The translations under genes were made by a program, and so were the position numbers. Positions 50,233 through 64,000 of a DNA stretch of 64,000 nt are shown one piece after another. The notes beneath the pieces are model-generated. The model had not been told where the DNA came from. It worked only from the letters and a program-made list of their open reading frames with translations, and searched no databases. Positions within the stretch are counted from its first letter, which is position 1. Each line of letters starts with the position of its first letter. The stretch is taken from assembly GCA_035084275.1 (NCBI GenBank), contig CM068757.1, forward strand, positions 6,324,001 through 6,388,000. Direction: 5' to 3'. This DNA is from Hydrolagus colliei. Taxonomy: Eukaryota.

Positions 50233-51649
50233 CGGAGAGAAGGTTTGGGCTGTAAATACTATCATTTTCTTCAGTAGAATAAGAAAGTTTGGATCAAGAA
50301 CACGCCATTCGGCATTTAAACCTTCGTCACACTAGTCAAAACAAAGCCAACAGGGTCAGTGTATGTCCTATGGAAAGTTCTGCGTAGATGTTTCCCCAAA
50401 CTATTCAAGCAAATCCACCCCACCCCACCACCTCAAACAATTATCCGGTGACACATCTCTATTGCTCATAGATGGTCTATTTATTTTTACAGACACAATT
50501 CCCTCCTTGCTCTCAGTCACAGATACCAATGTGGTGCTTTATGTCATTCCAAATTCATTCCGGTCTACCCCCAATACAGTTTGAGCTAAAGTCTTTCTCA
50601 CAGAAGTTAATGAGCAGTACTTTGCACCCTTCATCATATATACATGTCACAAGAACGGATCATTATGAAGGCGCTTCATCCAACTTAACCGGTTCCCCAT
50701 CACATCATCAAGTCCAGAGTTCTGGGCTTCCACCAGCCTTCCTGGTAGCGTCTTGTCCTGTAATTTCCTTTGCCCTATTGTAAAGTATTGTTACTATTCC
50801 ATTTGAAATGTTGAACAGTATACATCTATAAGATCCTCTAATACATCCCCTTTACAACTTACAAAACTCGCCAACTAACTGAAACCAAGTGAGAAGTAAT
50901 CATGGGACTGGATGAAGTACAGCCTTCAGGAAGGTAACCAGGAAGGTAGCAGCCTTCCTCAGAATTTACAAACATGAACCGACCACTTTTCAATCAGTCC
51001 CCAAGTACATTGGTGCCCAGACTTGTATTAAACAATTAGGTTGTGTTTTCTATGAAGCGAGCCTTTGTATTTTCATTTTTGCCAATTAGGGTGGACTTCT
51101 GTTAATTATTTTGAGAATTGTTTTTTACGTTTGCCCTGATTTTGCAGGCGGGTCACAGAAAATCCACTCGCGGAACAGAAGGAGTTAAAGTGGCAAAAAA
51201 AGAGTTCTGTGGAGGGAGGTCAGTGCCATTGAGGAAGCCAAGCCTATTTAGTGCTGCAGAAAGGGTCAAAAGTCTTCATTTCAAAACATTAGGCAGCAAC
51301 AGTTCGTTAAAACAGAACTTGTCACCAATTTTTAATCCCATAATGTTGGGAAATGCTACAACATCTTTTCAGGCATAAAACTGCACTGAGCCATTGTTTG
51401 AGGACAGCATTTTTTTTCAATACAATTACACTGACAATACTGCTGAATTGTACAGAAAATATGGGGCTCTCAAGATCACTGTTATACTGCGTAAATCCAT
51501 GGGTTTATATGTTAATTGATCCAGTGCCTTATCGTGTGGAAATGACTTCCCTCAGCAAGTTACTTTACTGACTATTACAGACAGACTAACAACCAAAGTG
51601 CCACTAGATACATCCCCAATGCACGGATGTTCTGGTGAGTTTGGATGAG

Positions 51650-51895
51650 CGATGAATATTGACCAGGACACTAGGAGAGGTCACTGTTCATCTTCAAAAT
51701 AACACTGTGGGCAAAATAAACACCTGCCTGAATGGACTGTAAAATCTACTCCTCGTTGAATGGATGCCATCTGTAACAATGATCAGTCAAAACTGTAGCT
51801 AGCGTCAGACAAGGTTACAAGCTCGCATGATGGTGTGGAACTCGAGCTCACAACCTACTGACGTAGAGGTTAGAGTGTTACCGACAGCAACAGTT
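51650..51895 (-). mobile_element. Diverged DeuSINE
   Basis: AATATTGACCAGGACACTAGGAGAG...TCTTCAAAATA...GGAACTCGAGCTCACAACCTACTGAC. Confidence 0.55.
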
Positions 51896-53468
51896 AAGCC
51901 GTGCACGCATGGATGTTCCTTCAGGAACAGCAGACACGCTTTTCACCTTGCCACACTTTGTGTTTCAGCGACAGATTCTTTTATTTTTTACGGTTTCAAA
52001 TGTGTGTTGCACATAATTCAGGCTGAGGGCAAAGTGTGCGAGAGGGAAATGGTTCTGCTGGTGAGGCTAACCGTACGATGCATGTGTTATCCAGTCAGTC
52101 TCCCCTCAGGGAATAGTTCAGTGACTATTTCTGCTTGTGTGGCTGCCGGTGTTTAACTCAAGTGTACGCAGTGGCCGACTCCTCGAAAGGTGCTCAGGAT
52201 TGTCTGGTAGGGAAGGGGAGGGTGGAGGCCGAGAAGTGGGGCCACTGATTCGTTGGGGGTCCCGAGTCCATAAAGGACGTCGGCGTTTTTAAAAACTTTG
52301 TCGGGGCTTAAAATCGAACGTTTTACCTGGGCTGAACATGGCGGTATGCTTCGGGAGCCAATCGCGATTGGAAAGATACTTGGGAAATTTCTCAATGTCC
52401 CATATAGCCAGTCTGCTCCTGAGCAAGCTATTCAGTTTGCCTGTCCGTGGGACCATTTACTGCAAGTGACACAGTAAGTAATCCGCTTGTGAGACTGACT
52501 GTATAAATCACACTCAGCCGCCTGACCTAAAGGATACTTATCGTATGTCACTGAAGGCTATCGCAGATCCTCTCTGTAGGTTTCCTGACTGTCTCTTCAA
52601 TTGTGCTACCTTTTACAAGCTACTCTAGGGCAGGAGACCATTCTTGCCACACTTGTATCCAACAAAGCTGGCATTAGAGATCTTTAATTAATAAAAACAC
52701 ATGATGCAAACAGACAGAAGAGCTCCGACCTTTCACTGTGTTGAAACGTGGCTGGTAAACGCTGCTGCTGTCCTCGAAAGGTAAAAACAATTGGTGCGTT
52801 TCGAAAGCAGTCGACATCAAGAGCCCAGGTTTTGGAACAAACAGTACAAAAACAGCAAGATTTCAACCGAAAGAAAAGTTAAAACCGAAAAGGAAGGAGG
52901 CGAGGATTTGGTGGGTTACACTTTAGCAAAAACGGTCATAAACAAAATGCTTTTTGAGGGTCTTGGTGTCGTCATGCACAACTTGGGTGGGGTGCCCAAT
53001 GTGTTTTCCTGTCCGTCCGTTTGTATGTGCATCGGAACGTAAGCAAAAGCAACGGCAATTCCTGAATGTTACATTGGTGAGCGGTGTTTGAGCAGCTGCC
53101 TGGCAAGAGGAGGCGGTGGCAATGGAGGAACGTGGATTGGGTTCATTTTCAAACCCACTCTCGGAGCCGCGATCTCACCGCGGACTGCCAAACGGAAGCA
53201 GTGTGGCATCACCACAAGCCTGTCTGGCAGGCGGGCACAGCCAACCAGCGGTTGCTGCTGTGTGAAGTTAGTCTTAATTGCAACATATTGCGACATGCAG
53301 CACCAGCAACAGAAGGAGCTAAAGTGTGGTCAGAAGCGTGGATTTGAAATGAAAAAAATAGAGAACAGAAAGACATACCACAGTGCTCTCTATGGGGGGT
53401 GGGGGGAGAGGGGTGGTAAGAGTGGGTGGGGATGGGAGTGGGGCAAGAGGGACGGAGGGGATTCTTAC

Positions 53469-53516
53469 CACATTTTGAAAGTCTGCCTGTCAGCAGCTCC
53501 ATACAGTGAGAAGTTG
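53469..53516 (-). CDS. BRSK2: BRSK2 48-nt frame-neutral (likely cassette) exon
   Basis: ccag acceptor; ATSHCMELLTGRLSKCG, similar to mammalian DTTNCMEMMTGRLSKCG; gtaaga donor; phase 1-1. Confidence 0.9.
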
Positions 53517-55442
53517 CTGGATTATAGGGGGAGAAAGGTAAATGTTTCTTTACTGCATAAACCGAAAAACTAAAAACATGAAAATTCAGGCAAAGAAGTC
53601 ATATCAAGTCACGACTACAAATGGTAACGTAAAAAAACAATAATAATAATTATAAACCAAAGCGAAAGGTCCGAAAGGTTTAGTTGCAGACATGACCCCA
53701 TTTGAACTGTATCTGTTGAATGGCAGATCTTCTTGGACTGAAATAGTTCATTCTTCCTGAGAGTACAGGAAATATGAGGTTGTGGATCTAGCTGACAGCC
53801 GAGATGAAGAGAAGCAGAAGGGGAGAGGTGAAAATGCTTTGTCAGAGAAGCTGGAAAATGAGGAGTGGAAAGGCACACACAGATGAGGCGACTTGAGGGA
53901 CGCCCTTACGCCAGATGGAACACACACAACCGTGGAGACATTTAAAACAGTCGGAAAAAACACTCTTAGTGCTGCCCAGGAATCTGCAGGGAATCAGTGT
54001 TCAGCATGGAGCAGATACGTTCAAATGAGCTATGGATTGACTGTCATCTCCATTTGGAGGCAAGATTCAACACCTTGCATCTGTGACAATTCCCCTAGGT
54101 TACCCTCCTGCGATTAGATGCAAAGGTTTTGCAAATTAAAAAGAGAACAGCTGGCCAATCTTCCAACTGACGAATCAGCAACAATAATTTACAATAAATC
54201 ATGATATACTTGTTCGGTTCAGAAAGCACAATTAGAAAATTACAGGCTCTTTGAAGTTGCCAAAAAAAAAGAAAGAATTGTCCAATTATATAAAAAAACA
54301 CCTTTCCTTCTCATCACTGATCTGAACAGTCAGGTTTAAATACACCTTTGGTGAGCACGTTTCTGAGGAATTCCAGTGGAACGTGGACCAAGCTTGTGGC
54401 AAAATAGATTTACTCATGAAAGGAAATTAGGAATATCCCTGGTTTGAGGTGTGTTTGTATATAAATGAGCTGAGCCCAAGCGAGGTCCTAACTTTTCTAC
54501 TTTACTAACTTCATTTACGCCCAACATGTATTATACAGAATGAACTGACTGCTTACATCCACCAGAATAAGTATGTAAAACTGGTACCATGGTTGTGAAA
54601 GGGACATAATACAGTATTTCAGTAAATGTGGCTAAGTACGTATTAGCAGTCATCGGCCTGTGTTAAGTGGTTTGGTTCGGCAGAAGTTTGATGCCTCCAT
54701 GGGCTGATGGATAAGATTCTCAAATTCGCCCTGAAGAAGCTTCCTCATTTGTTCGCCTCTACTTGCTGCTCATTCACTTCTGTGGTTTATTGCCATCAAA
54801 TAAATTTGCGGATTGTACTGTGAAGGACACCTGTGAACCCATCAAAACCTTGGAGGTTTTTTTTTGTGGAGATACAGAATTTACAAAACCTTTTGGCCTA
54901 AACATATGACCGGAATAGAAACCAGTTTTTGCTACGAAAGATGCAGCTACCTCCAGCTCACAAATGGGTTCTTGAATGCACCGAACAAAAGGGTAGCAGA
55001 GGCTGTCAAAAAGAATCCAAAACTAATTTTTGAAGAATCAGCAGCTTTTATGACACTCGCTGATACGAAGATATTTTGCGTTGCCCATATATTTACTATT
55101 TTGGCCATCAAATGTTTCGGAGATATCACGAAAAAAAAACCTCAGGCAGGCAATGCTGTTTTATCCCATTCAGTTACTACTTGCAATGAAATGAATAGAT
55201 TCAACATGTTGATCATAGGTTTAACAGGTTGATTCAATGTTAAACTGCACATTCAGTGCATGCCAACAGCTAAAGTCGGGGGGATCTACAGCATGCATGG
55301 AATGCATTGGTATAATGGTTCAGCTAGAGGCGACTTAATGGGACTATTGTATTCCCTTTGGGAGTGCTGTTGATAGGCATGCAAGATACAATGCACCTGT
55401 TGAGAAAAATCTGGATTTATGAGATCAAACTGGAATATTTAC

Positions 55443-55532
55443 CAGATAGCTGTTGCACTGTAGGTTGGTCATGTGTAGTTAACAACTGGGCTTGGATGGT
55501 TTCCACCACTCTTTTGAACCGACGACTTGGAC
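55443..55532 (-). CDS. BRSK2: BRSK2 internal exon (90 nt)
   Basis: aag acceptor; [30 protein letters not shown]; gtaaat donor. Confidence 0.95.
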
Positions 55533-56099
55533 CTTTAGTTGGGAGCAGAGAATCAAAAGGTAATTGGAATGAGTTCTCAGCACAAACAATCAACAAGTTC
55601 TCGCTCACATGCTATGATGCTAGAGTGTCATCTTTGAGTTACCAATACAATAACCTGCCCTTATTTGCTCTCTGTTATTGTTAGCTTGGTTTATTTCAGC
55701 TCTACCTCATCCATGGGGGAAAGTGATCCTCAGAATAGATCCAATCGTTCCCGACCAATCCATGACCCTCTAGACTCTGCAGAGATGTCAGTTTCTACGT
55801 GACAGTAATGCAGGTTTGCCTGTTCCAATTCCACTTCAAATCAAGTCATTCCACCTCCTACCATCCCTATCTCATCGCCATATTTATCCACATTTAATCA
55901 TGGTTGTCATTGTTTAGCCCTAGGCTTGATCCCTTTGCCTTTTCCTGGTGATTTTGTAGATTTTAAAAAAAACGGGAAACATTTTGTGAACAGCAGTTCT
56001 CAAAAATCTTTTGTCGATCTTACATTGTCATTCCATTTTTAAGATTTAACCAAAGTAGTCAACATGGCAGTGACAATATGTATCAACACACTGTCATTC

Positions 56100-56233
56100 C
56101 TCTTTGCGCAATTGGCTGCTGTGTTTTGCCCACAAAATACACAGTCACTATACTTTACAGTATATTCTGTGAAGCACTTTGAGACATCTCAAAGATATAA
56201 GGCGCTATATCAAATGCAAGGAATATTATTATT
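56100..56233 (+). mobile_element. Main SINE 3' fragment
   Basis: GCGCAATTGGCTGCTGTGTTTTGCCCAC...GGCGCTATATCAAATGCAAGG. Confidence 0.85.
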
Positions 56234-56711
56234 CTTGTATTTCAAACTGTGTCTGCATGTTTAAGACTCTGGAACCGTGACAATATTCTAGCAAGATGCA
56301 ATCTGCAAATACATGATTGTTTCCTAAAAATTTTCACTGAACTAATTCCTTCCCCCATAGCAGATTAAATACTCACAGCAAACAAACATGCACAGTATAT
56401 TTTGTAACACTACAATTTGAGCTCCATAAATATTGCCATAAAAAAACAACATAATTAGGGCAATCTTAAGATGAGATAAGAGAGTATGCACACTCTCCAG
56501 CAACAGTGAAAGTGGGCAGGGAGATTCACTTGTAATTTAAGAGCACTTGAAGTAACAATTTCTCCTGAACCTTAATTTGGTTTTTAATTAGAATTGTCAA
56601 TGAAAATGCTGATGGAAAATTCTGCTTTAAGTGAAAACTTACAGTATAATTTTTTTCACGTACAATAAAAACACAGCTTTCACACACAGAATGCTTCCAG
56701 GATTGATATCA

Positions 56712-57161
<450 letters not shown>

Positions 57162-58684
57162 TCATTAATAATAGGGGCAATAGGCCTGCATATCTATGGG
57201 TGACATGATCCAGTGTAGTGAATAGTCAGGCATCTCAGAAAATTACAGACTTTAAACAATCTTATTTACAAGTAAGAATGTTTGTTATGGAGTCTTAATA
57301 TCAATGTCTTAACCACTGATTAATTCGTCCTCCACATACTGGTACTGTGAAGATATGTAATTTAAAGAAACATTCTGCAATTCAAAATGAATTTTGAATC
57401 GTTCGTCACTCATACGAATGCTCCTTTGATTTTCACCAGGGATCAGATGTATTCATACAACACTCTCCATGATTTCTTACCCCACGGGAAACATTTGAAT
57501 TTCCCTACTGAACCTGATGTTTGCATGTGATAAAGTGACACACGATTTTGTGACTATATGGTGTTTTGGGAACTAGAGCAGATTACAAAGCACTTGGTAC
57601 AGTAGTAAACCATCATTTAGTGACAGCTACAAATCCCACGAGAGGCAATCATCTTGGCAGGCAGATTTCAACCCGTCACTTCCAACCTGACTCCCCCATT
57701 AGACGAGGAGAAAGGTTACATGTTCGCCAAAATGTTTAGGTTTTATTTGGGGTGGGGGCGTGGGGCGGAGGGGCGGTTCCACAATTGCCTTAGCAAGCTG
57801 GCCTTTCTCCTCTGGGAACTACGTTTGATTCCATCCCAAGCCGATGGGATGACAAAGTCAAAGGAAAGAGGATTGCGTAGCTACAATACAATGTTTCCAA
57901 GAAAGCTCTGACCTTCAGTGCACCAATCATATTCATGCCAGTGTCCCTTTCCACTAGGCTTGCTTTCTATTCACTCTCTCATTGTTCTTGGTTGTGTCAA
58001 GTCCAAGGTTCTTTTGTGATGGCAGCCACCTGCTGAATTATTAGTGGGCTGCAGCGTGAAATGAAAAACGGGCTAATATCTACAGACTGTTTCAGTCCTT
58101 AGAGAAAGAGAGGTATCCACAGGACCCGACTAGAGGAAATGACAAACCATTAAAAAGGAACAAGCTCTCCAGACCGCAGACAACTAACTGCGGGAAGCCT
58201 TACTGTTCAGACTAAATATAAATACTGTATTCTTAGCTAAACCTGCCAAGCCTGCAATTTAATCGATCGTCAGCAATCAACGTGGACCATTTCTGCTCAA
58301 CTTGATCAGCACACGAAACAAATCTTTTACACAGCGTGGGCGAGCAAAGAGATGATTTCTTACTTTCCTTAATGACTGGGCACATTGTGTGTGTGATTGT
58401 CTTTTAACAACGTAACTCGAGTTGGTGGAGAGAATGGTTTTAAAAAAAAGACTAACAAGAGTATTAAGAAAGACACACCATTTGGTTAAACGAAAAATGA
58501 ACGTTTTGTTCCATGCTACCATGTGTTTGTTTCTCAGTTTCAAATGACCAAACGAAAAGAAAATAAAACATCGAGTTATTTCGTTTGCACTAATTCAGCA
58601 TACGCACATTTTGTGTGTGTTCATAGTGCATTTACAGACAGAAAGAGGAAAAACCCCTTTCGAGGTTTCAGTTGATTTCTGTTA

Positions 58685-58843
<159 letters not shown>

Positions 58844-59749
58844 TCAATAATGTTAGTACTTCAGTCGGAAAATACATTCCCCGCAAGTAAGTATTTTAAG
58901 TCGCAGTAAGAACATTTAAGCAAAACGTTAGGTGATGGAATACTACTGTAGCCTTCAGGAGAATCTACACGGGAGGAACTAGACCTTAAAGCTACGGAAA
59001 ATTACCCACATAATTTACTGCAGGGTAATTATGATCAATGCATCGTGTAGATCTACAGAGGCATCAATGCTAATGGTATACAACTCATAAGTGTCAACCC
59101 GATTAAAAAGTGCATTTGGATGCATTATGTTAATGGATGGTTTGTGAATATTCTAATATCCTCAAAGATGCTGATACTAATGGTGAAACAGCTGCAAATA
59201 TTGCATTTGAAAGATTCATCAATTCCAGACTATAATTCTTCAATCATAATAAATGATCTGTTTTTAATGTTCAAATGGCACACAGCGGGCCTTGGTGCAA
59301 GACCAGCTAAGATGAGTTGTCATTCACTGGGTATGGAAACTGAACTGGTCACCAAGTTTCTGCAGCCACTGCCCTCATCACTTTGAGGCAGCTCTCCAGT
59401 TCAGTTTGCCTGCTGGTGAGCATTGGTGGCAGTTTTCATGGCAAGTTACTGCAACAGAATAACTGAAAATTGTCTTCATTGGATTAACTGCCATGCTTTT
59501 TCTTGTACGGTTAGTTATTAGCCTGTTCAGCATCTTCTCTGATGGAGTCACATTAGAGTATGGCTTACTGGGCTGTTACAAGCCCCTGACAACTTGCTCA
59601 GTAGAGTCGTTGTCAGTTGCGTTACTTGCATTTGATCTAGCGCCTTATCAAGTCTTTGAGACACCTCACAGCGTCGTCTGTGTTAATCTCAAACAAGTCA
59701 GCAATGGGGCATTACAGTTGGCTTCAGTTCCCCCCCATCCCGATCATCA

Positions 59750-59972
59750 TCATTATAATAATCCGTCCAAAAAAGAAACAATAAAACCGTAAAAAAAAAA
59801 TTGGTCATTTCAATCTAAGACTGTTTGTGGGACACTGCTGTCCGCAATTGGCTGCCGCGTTTTGCCCACAAATATACAGTCAATTCTCTTCACAGTATAT
59901 TCTGTGAAGCGCTCTGAGACATTGATAAGATGTGAAAAGCGCTATATCAAATGCAAGGATTATTATTATTAT
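59750..59972 (+). mobile_element. 5'-truncated copy of the main SINE
   Basis: Body and (ATT)n tail match the 48116 copy; a reverse tail piece sits at about 59620-59675. Confidence 0.88.
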
Positions 59973-60867
59973 CATTCAGTGGACCCAGCTGCACAGTGCA
60001 TTGGGTGCACATATCAGACGAGGATAGGATTGCACTCCGTGATGGGCCCTTTCCTGTTTAACAGCTTGCTGACATTCATTGTCCAAACTCTTGCAGGAGG
60101 TGTCAGTGCCTAAGGGACTGTACGCTAGTATGAACCAGTCGCTTCAATGGGGTGTGGAGGGGAGGAAATGAACTATGTAAACAAGAGAAAATACCACTGC
60201 AATTTTGAGCAATAATTTTAATTGGTCCCTCTTGTAACATTGCTGCTACAGCACTAGCCATCAAGAGGTTGGAGCTGGTGGAGCTAAGTGATGACTTAGC
60301 TGTGTGTTGCAAGCTATGTAATTGCATCAAGCTTCTAACAAGTAATAAAGAAACGCCAACGTTACCACATTAAAACACTGGCGAAAAAGCAAAGTTCCAC
60401 TATGAAAGGAAATTACCTGTGGCACATTGTGAATTTACATACATATGCAGCCTCACTTGTCTTTTTCTTTCACCCCCACTCATGAAGTCATTAGCATACT
60501 TCTTGAAATTGCTCCTCCACTTCAGCAAAGAAAAAAAAGTCTTCAAATATTCAGAGACCATGACTCAATCAAGCAGCCCTGATTAACACTGACGCAGGAA
60601 TGAATACAAGTGCCCTGAATAAGCTCATTAAAGCTTATCATTATGTTCTGATTTTTTTTAAGCAGGGATCTTGCTCAACATTAACCCTTTCAAGCTGTTC
60701 AGATTTCCAGTAATTAAGCCGTTTGGATTTCCACTAAACTTTCAATTGATTTGGGGTACTATTTCAAGGGTCAGTGATCCATAACCATTTGCCAGGGGCT
60801 TGATTTCAGCAGAGCAGGAATGATTCTGTCGTTGACTTCTTCCCATTCCCGACTAACACCACCATAT

Positions 60868-61102
60868 TAATAATAATCCTTGCATTTGATATAGTGCTTT
60901 TCAAGTCTTGCAGACGTCTCAAAGCGCAGAAGATACTGTAAAGTGAATTGACTGTATACTTGTGGGTGAAATGCAGCAGCCGATTGCGCATAACAGTCAT
61001 GGATTGAAATGACCAATTGTATTATTGGTTTTTTTCGGAGGGATTATTATTAGGCGTGTGGAGTAAGGAAACTTGCCCAAGGTTTCGCCCTGACCTGTCT
61101 GG
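60868..61102 (-). mobile_element. Main SINE copy lacking most of the tRNA head
   Basis: Includes GGAGTAAGGAAACTTGCCCAAGGTTTCGCCCTGACCTG, the reverse complement of the post-head segment. Confidence 0.88.
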
Positions 61103-61219
61103 CCAACTGTAAAGAATTAAAGGGAAAAAGATGATGGACTGGCCTTGCAAAAAGAGCAGATGATGGGATGAGAGTTCATGAAAATGTACTGGCAGACTCT
61201 GGACTGCTTGAAATAATGT

Positions 61220-61253
61220 TTATAGATATATATATATATATATATTATATATA
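61220..61253. repeat. (TA)n microsatellite
   Basis: Direct reading. Confidence 0.9.
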
Positions 61254-63039
61254 TTCCTGACCTCTTGGAATTTTAACATTTTTTTAATATAAATATAAAA
61301 GTATTGAGCAACATATTCCATATTCCACATGAAGGGCAACACTCTCACATGGAGCTCTCTCTAGTATCCTAGAAATAATTAATGAAACTCAGCAGCTGAA
61401 ACAGTCACGAACTCGACCTCGACATAAAAAAGGGTAAGAAGGAACTGAGCTCAGGTCTTTTTGATAAGTTGACTCTGATCTAATATTGCCATCAGACATT
61501 GCAGACTTCAAAGGGCTAAAGAGAAATGTTCTAAGTCCCTTAGAATATCTGAACAGAATCAAATGCGAACTGCAGGGCAAGTAGGTTAAGTGTGCACTAC
61601 TGTAACTCTGAGTTTTAAAATAGATTTGGGTACAATTAACCTGGCAAAGCATTCATTCCGTTTTTCTGTTAAAACATTGCAAAAGTGTACAAAGGTGAGT
61701 TTCTCCACGTCACACAGGGTCCTGATTAAAACTTTCGAAAGTATTCGATCATGATTTTTGCCCTGGCAGGTTGCACTCTGATTTCCCTTCCCTGAACATG
61801 CAGAGTGATTCACAAAGAACAAAACCACAGAAAAAGTTGCACCTGCATTAATCTTGAGTGGATTCATCTAAGTAATTTGTTCACCCCCACCCCCAACCCG
61901 TGTGTGAAATAAGTGCTATAGTGAGTGGATGGAGCACAGGCAGGTGAATAATGTGGTGTTTGTTTCTACTGTAACACTAAGCTCATTTTGTGTCTGATGC
62001 CAGCGCGATAAGTGCAACAGCCCACTACCTCCCATGGTGCCAGTAACCTATTACTGTATGTGTCTACAAGTGGGTTGATCCCTCAGCCCACCCCCAACTA
62101 TCTAGTATTCACATCACTGACAAGTACAAGAGCTCAGAGATCCTCGGAGCTCAGAAAAGCTGCCAATGATTCGGGAATAAAGCTCCAATTTATAATTTCC
62201 AAGGAACCGTGCGTTCAGAGTTAGTTGATTGTAACTTCACTGAAAATGCGTCTCAGCGTAAATGGGGCAAATGATCAGAAACTGATGAAATCTCAGGGCT
62301 GCTTTCATTCCTTACAATGTATTTGTGGAATCTAAATGCAAGAGCGTTCCTGCCGACGGTGACTTTGCCTCATGTTAATATGTGGACAGCAGCTGATGAT
62401 GTGGACCCTCCCAGAGCGAAGTGTTGGTTAAGAGGAGCGTAAATGCTTGCAAACCGCTAAGTATTTAGCGAAGCAAATGAAAACACCATAGAGCATACCA
62501 ATTAGAGATTACTTGCAAAGTAGGAATTTCTCAACTCAGCAAATTGCAACAGTTAGATGGAAACTATTTCACTTTGGTGTGGTTAATTGTTTCCAGCTGA
62601 GGATGAATCTGTTTGTTGCAATGCGAGAAGAAAATGCTCCATTATGACAACACCTTTTGAAAGGAAGGCAACTTTACGATAAGGTTAGCAGAGATTCTAA
62701 TGGCTCCAATTACTCGTGGGTCTCCCGACTCAAGCTCCCAACTCGCTGATCAGCATCAGACGAATGTACATATTTATAATTTAACTCTCATTGACTCATG
62801 AAATTCACTGTACTTGCACAATCTCTAGAATCATTTTGGGGGAAATTATATACACAGTGCAATTCTGTTTTATTTTGTGAACTGAATGGATGTAATTATT
62901 AAGTTGGTTGGAGAGACCCAGACGTTAATACGTTGAATGAAACAAATCAGTAGATCACTGCCAAACGCAACACTCAGCAATAACTTTGCAACAAGCAGCA
63001 AAAAAAGACTCTGTTTCTGTTCCAGAAACTGGCCACTTA

Positions 63040-63255
63040 TAATAATCATCACATTTGATATTGCGCCATATCACGTACTCTAGACTTCTCAAAGCACTTC
63101 ATAGAATATACTGTAATGTGAATTGACTGTATATAAACTGTATATATATATATATATCTATGGGTGAAACTCGGCAGCCAATTGTGCACAGCAGTGTCCC
63201 ACAAACAGTCGTGGATTGAAGTGACCTATTCACTACTTTTTTTGAGGGATTATTA
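63040..63255 (-). mobile_element. 5'-truncated copy of the main SINE
   Basis: GGCAGCCAATTGTGCACAGCAGTGTCCCACAAACAGTCGTGGATTGAA, with an internal (TA)n expansion. Confidence 0.85.
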
Positions 63256-63475
63256 CTATTAATAATATATTATTACTAATATATACTAAAGTATTATAAT
63301 ATAATGTTAAAATAATATTATAATAATTGTTAGTAATATTTTATTACTAAAAAAAGAGCACCGTGCAAACAAAATGTTGGAAGCGAAAGTAGTGAGGCTT
63401 CACTTTCTGCCTATCAATCAGTATTGGTAACAAACAAGAACAGCATAGAGCAATGGGCAAGAGGCAGTGACTTAC

Positions 63476-63524
63476 TCTGGGGAAGATTCTGGAGTTAAGC
63501 TCGACATCTCTTCCGGTGTAGGTA
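63476..63524 (-). CDS. BRSK2: BR serine/threonine kinase 2 (SAD-A) internal exon (49 nt)
   Basis: Minus-strand cag acceptor, VPTPEEMSSLTPESSPE, gtaagt donor. Upstream exons (kinase and UBA domains) lie beyond the window. Confidence 0.93.
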
Positions 63525-64000
63525 CTGCATGGAAGACAACAGAAAGACAAGTTTACACTCTACTTCAATCAAACACTCTTGTTCCTCAACAAAAGCTGCA
63601 AAAACTGTAATTAATCATATCTAACAAGCAGTTTAATACTGTACTTCAGTTCCTCTGATACCTGGTATCGATCTGCATTGCTCTTGATGTGCCAGAAAAT
63701 AGACAGAAGGAACTTCAGTAAAGAGAATGAAGCAACAGAACACGAGCAAAGAAATAGTCACCTTGTTCAAAAACTATGGATTTTTGTTTATGTTTTAATC
63801 CATTTTGATTCAACTGATGCAAGGGGAAACATATGGAACCTTGCCTGAGTCTGAATGATGGAGTTAATTTGGCCAGTCCAGATTTATTGGACTTTCAGGC
63901 AACTGACATGATGCAGTGCCGGGCCACACCTCTAACTCTTCATTACATTCGAAGCCATCAAATTCAGAACGATTACAATCAGAATACTGGAGTGATTATA

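Noticed and set aside
52916-53061. Possible BRSK2 alternative exon starting GIAVAFAY
   Set aside because: Weak pyrimidine tract and no recognisable homology; the GIIPKS equivalent is better explained by 37766-37788.
53179-53257. Cryptic minus-strand exon (CAGCAG acceptor, GTGAGA donor)
   Set aside because: Branch motif lies too close to the AG, there is no pyrimidine tract, and inclusion would shift the frame.
53088-53573. 161-aa plus-strand ORF
   Set aside because: Antisense to a BRSK2 exon, runs through a G-rich low-complexity tract and has no recognisable homology.

Overview
Vertebrate genomic DNA, most likely a cartilaginous fish given its repeats (tRNA-derived Deu-like SINEs, CR1/L2 fragments); a holocephalan such as elephant shark is plausible but not proven. 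Two genes converge tail-to-tail, as MOB2 and BRSK2 do at human 11p15.5. On the + strand is a complete 5-exon MOB2 CDS (7607-26942, 753 nt, 250 aa). On the - strand is the 3' part of BRSK2/SAD-A (exons at 63524-37766), with a 48-nt frame-neutral exon and three alternative acceptors for the last exon. Most ORFs in the supplied track are noise. I see no strong evidence for a wholly new biological system. The best leads are: a SINE copy with intact Pol III boxes plus its own TTTT terminator (BC1-like layout), an atypical Deu/L2-tailed retroelement with a non-tRNA GC-rich head, a DNA-transposon arm abutting a promoter-like cassette upstream of MOB2, two SINE insertions at the same AAT of the host tail, and a structured RFX/SOX-type intronic block. 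Homology calls come from recall of protein and repeat sequences, not from a search.
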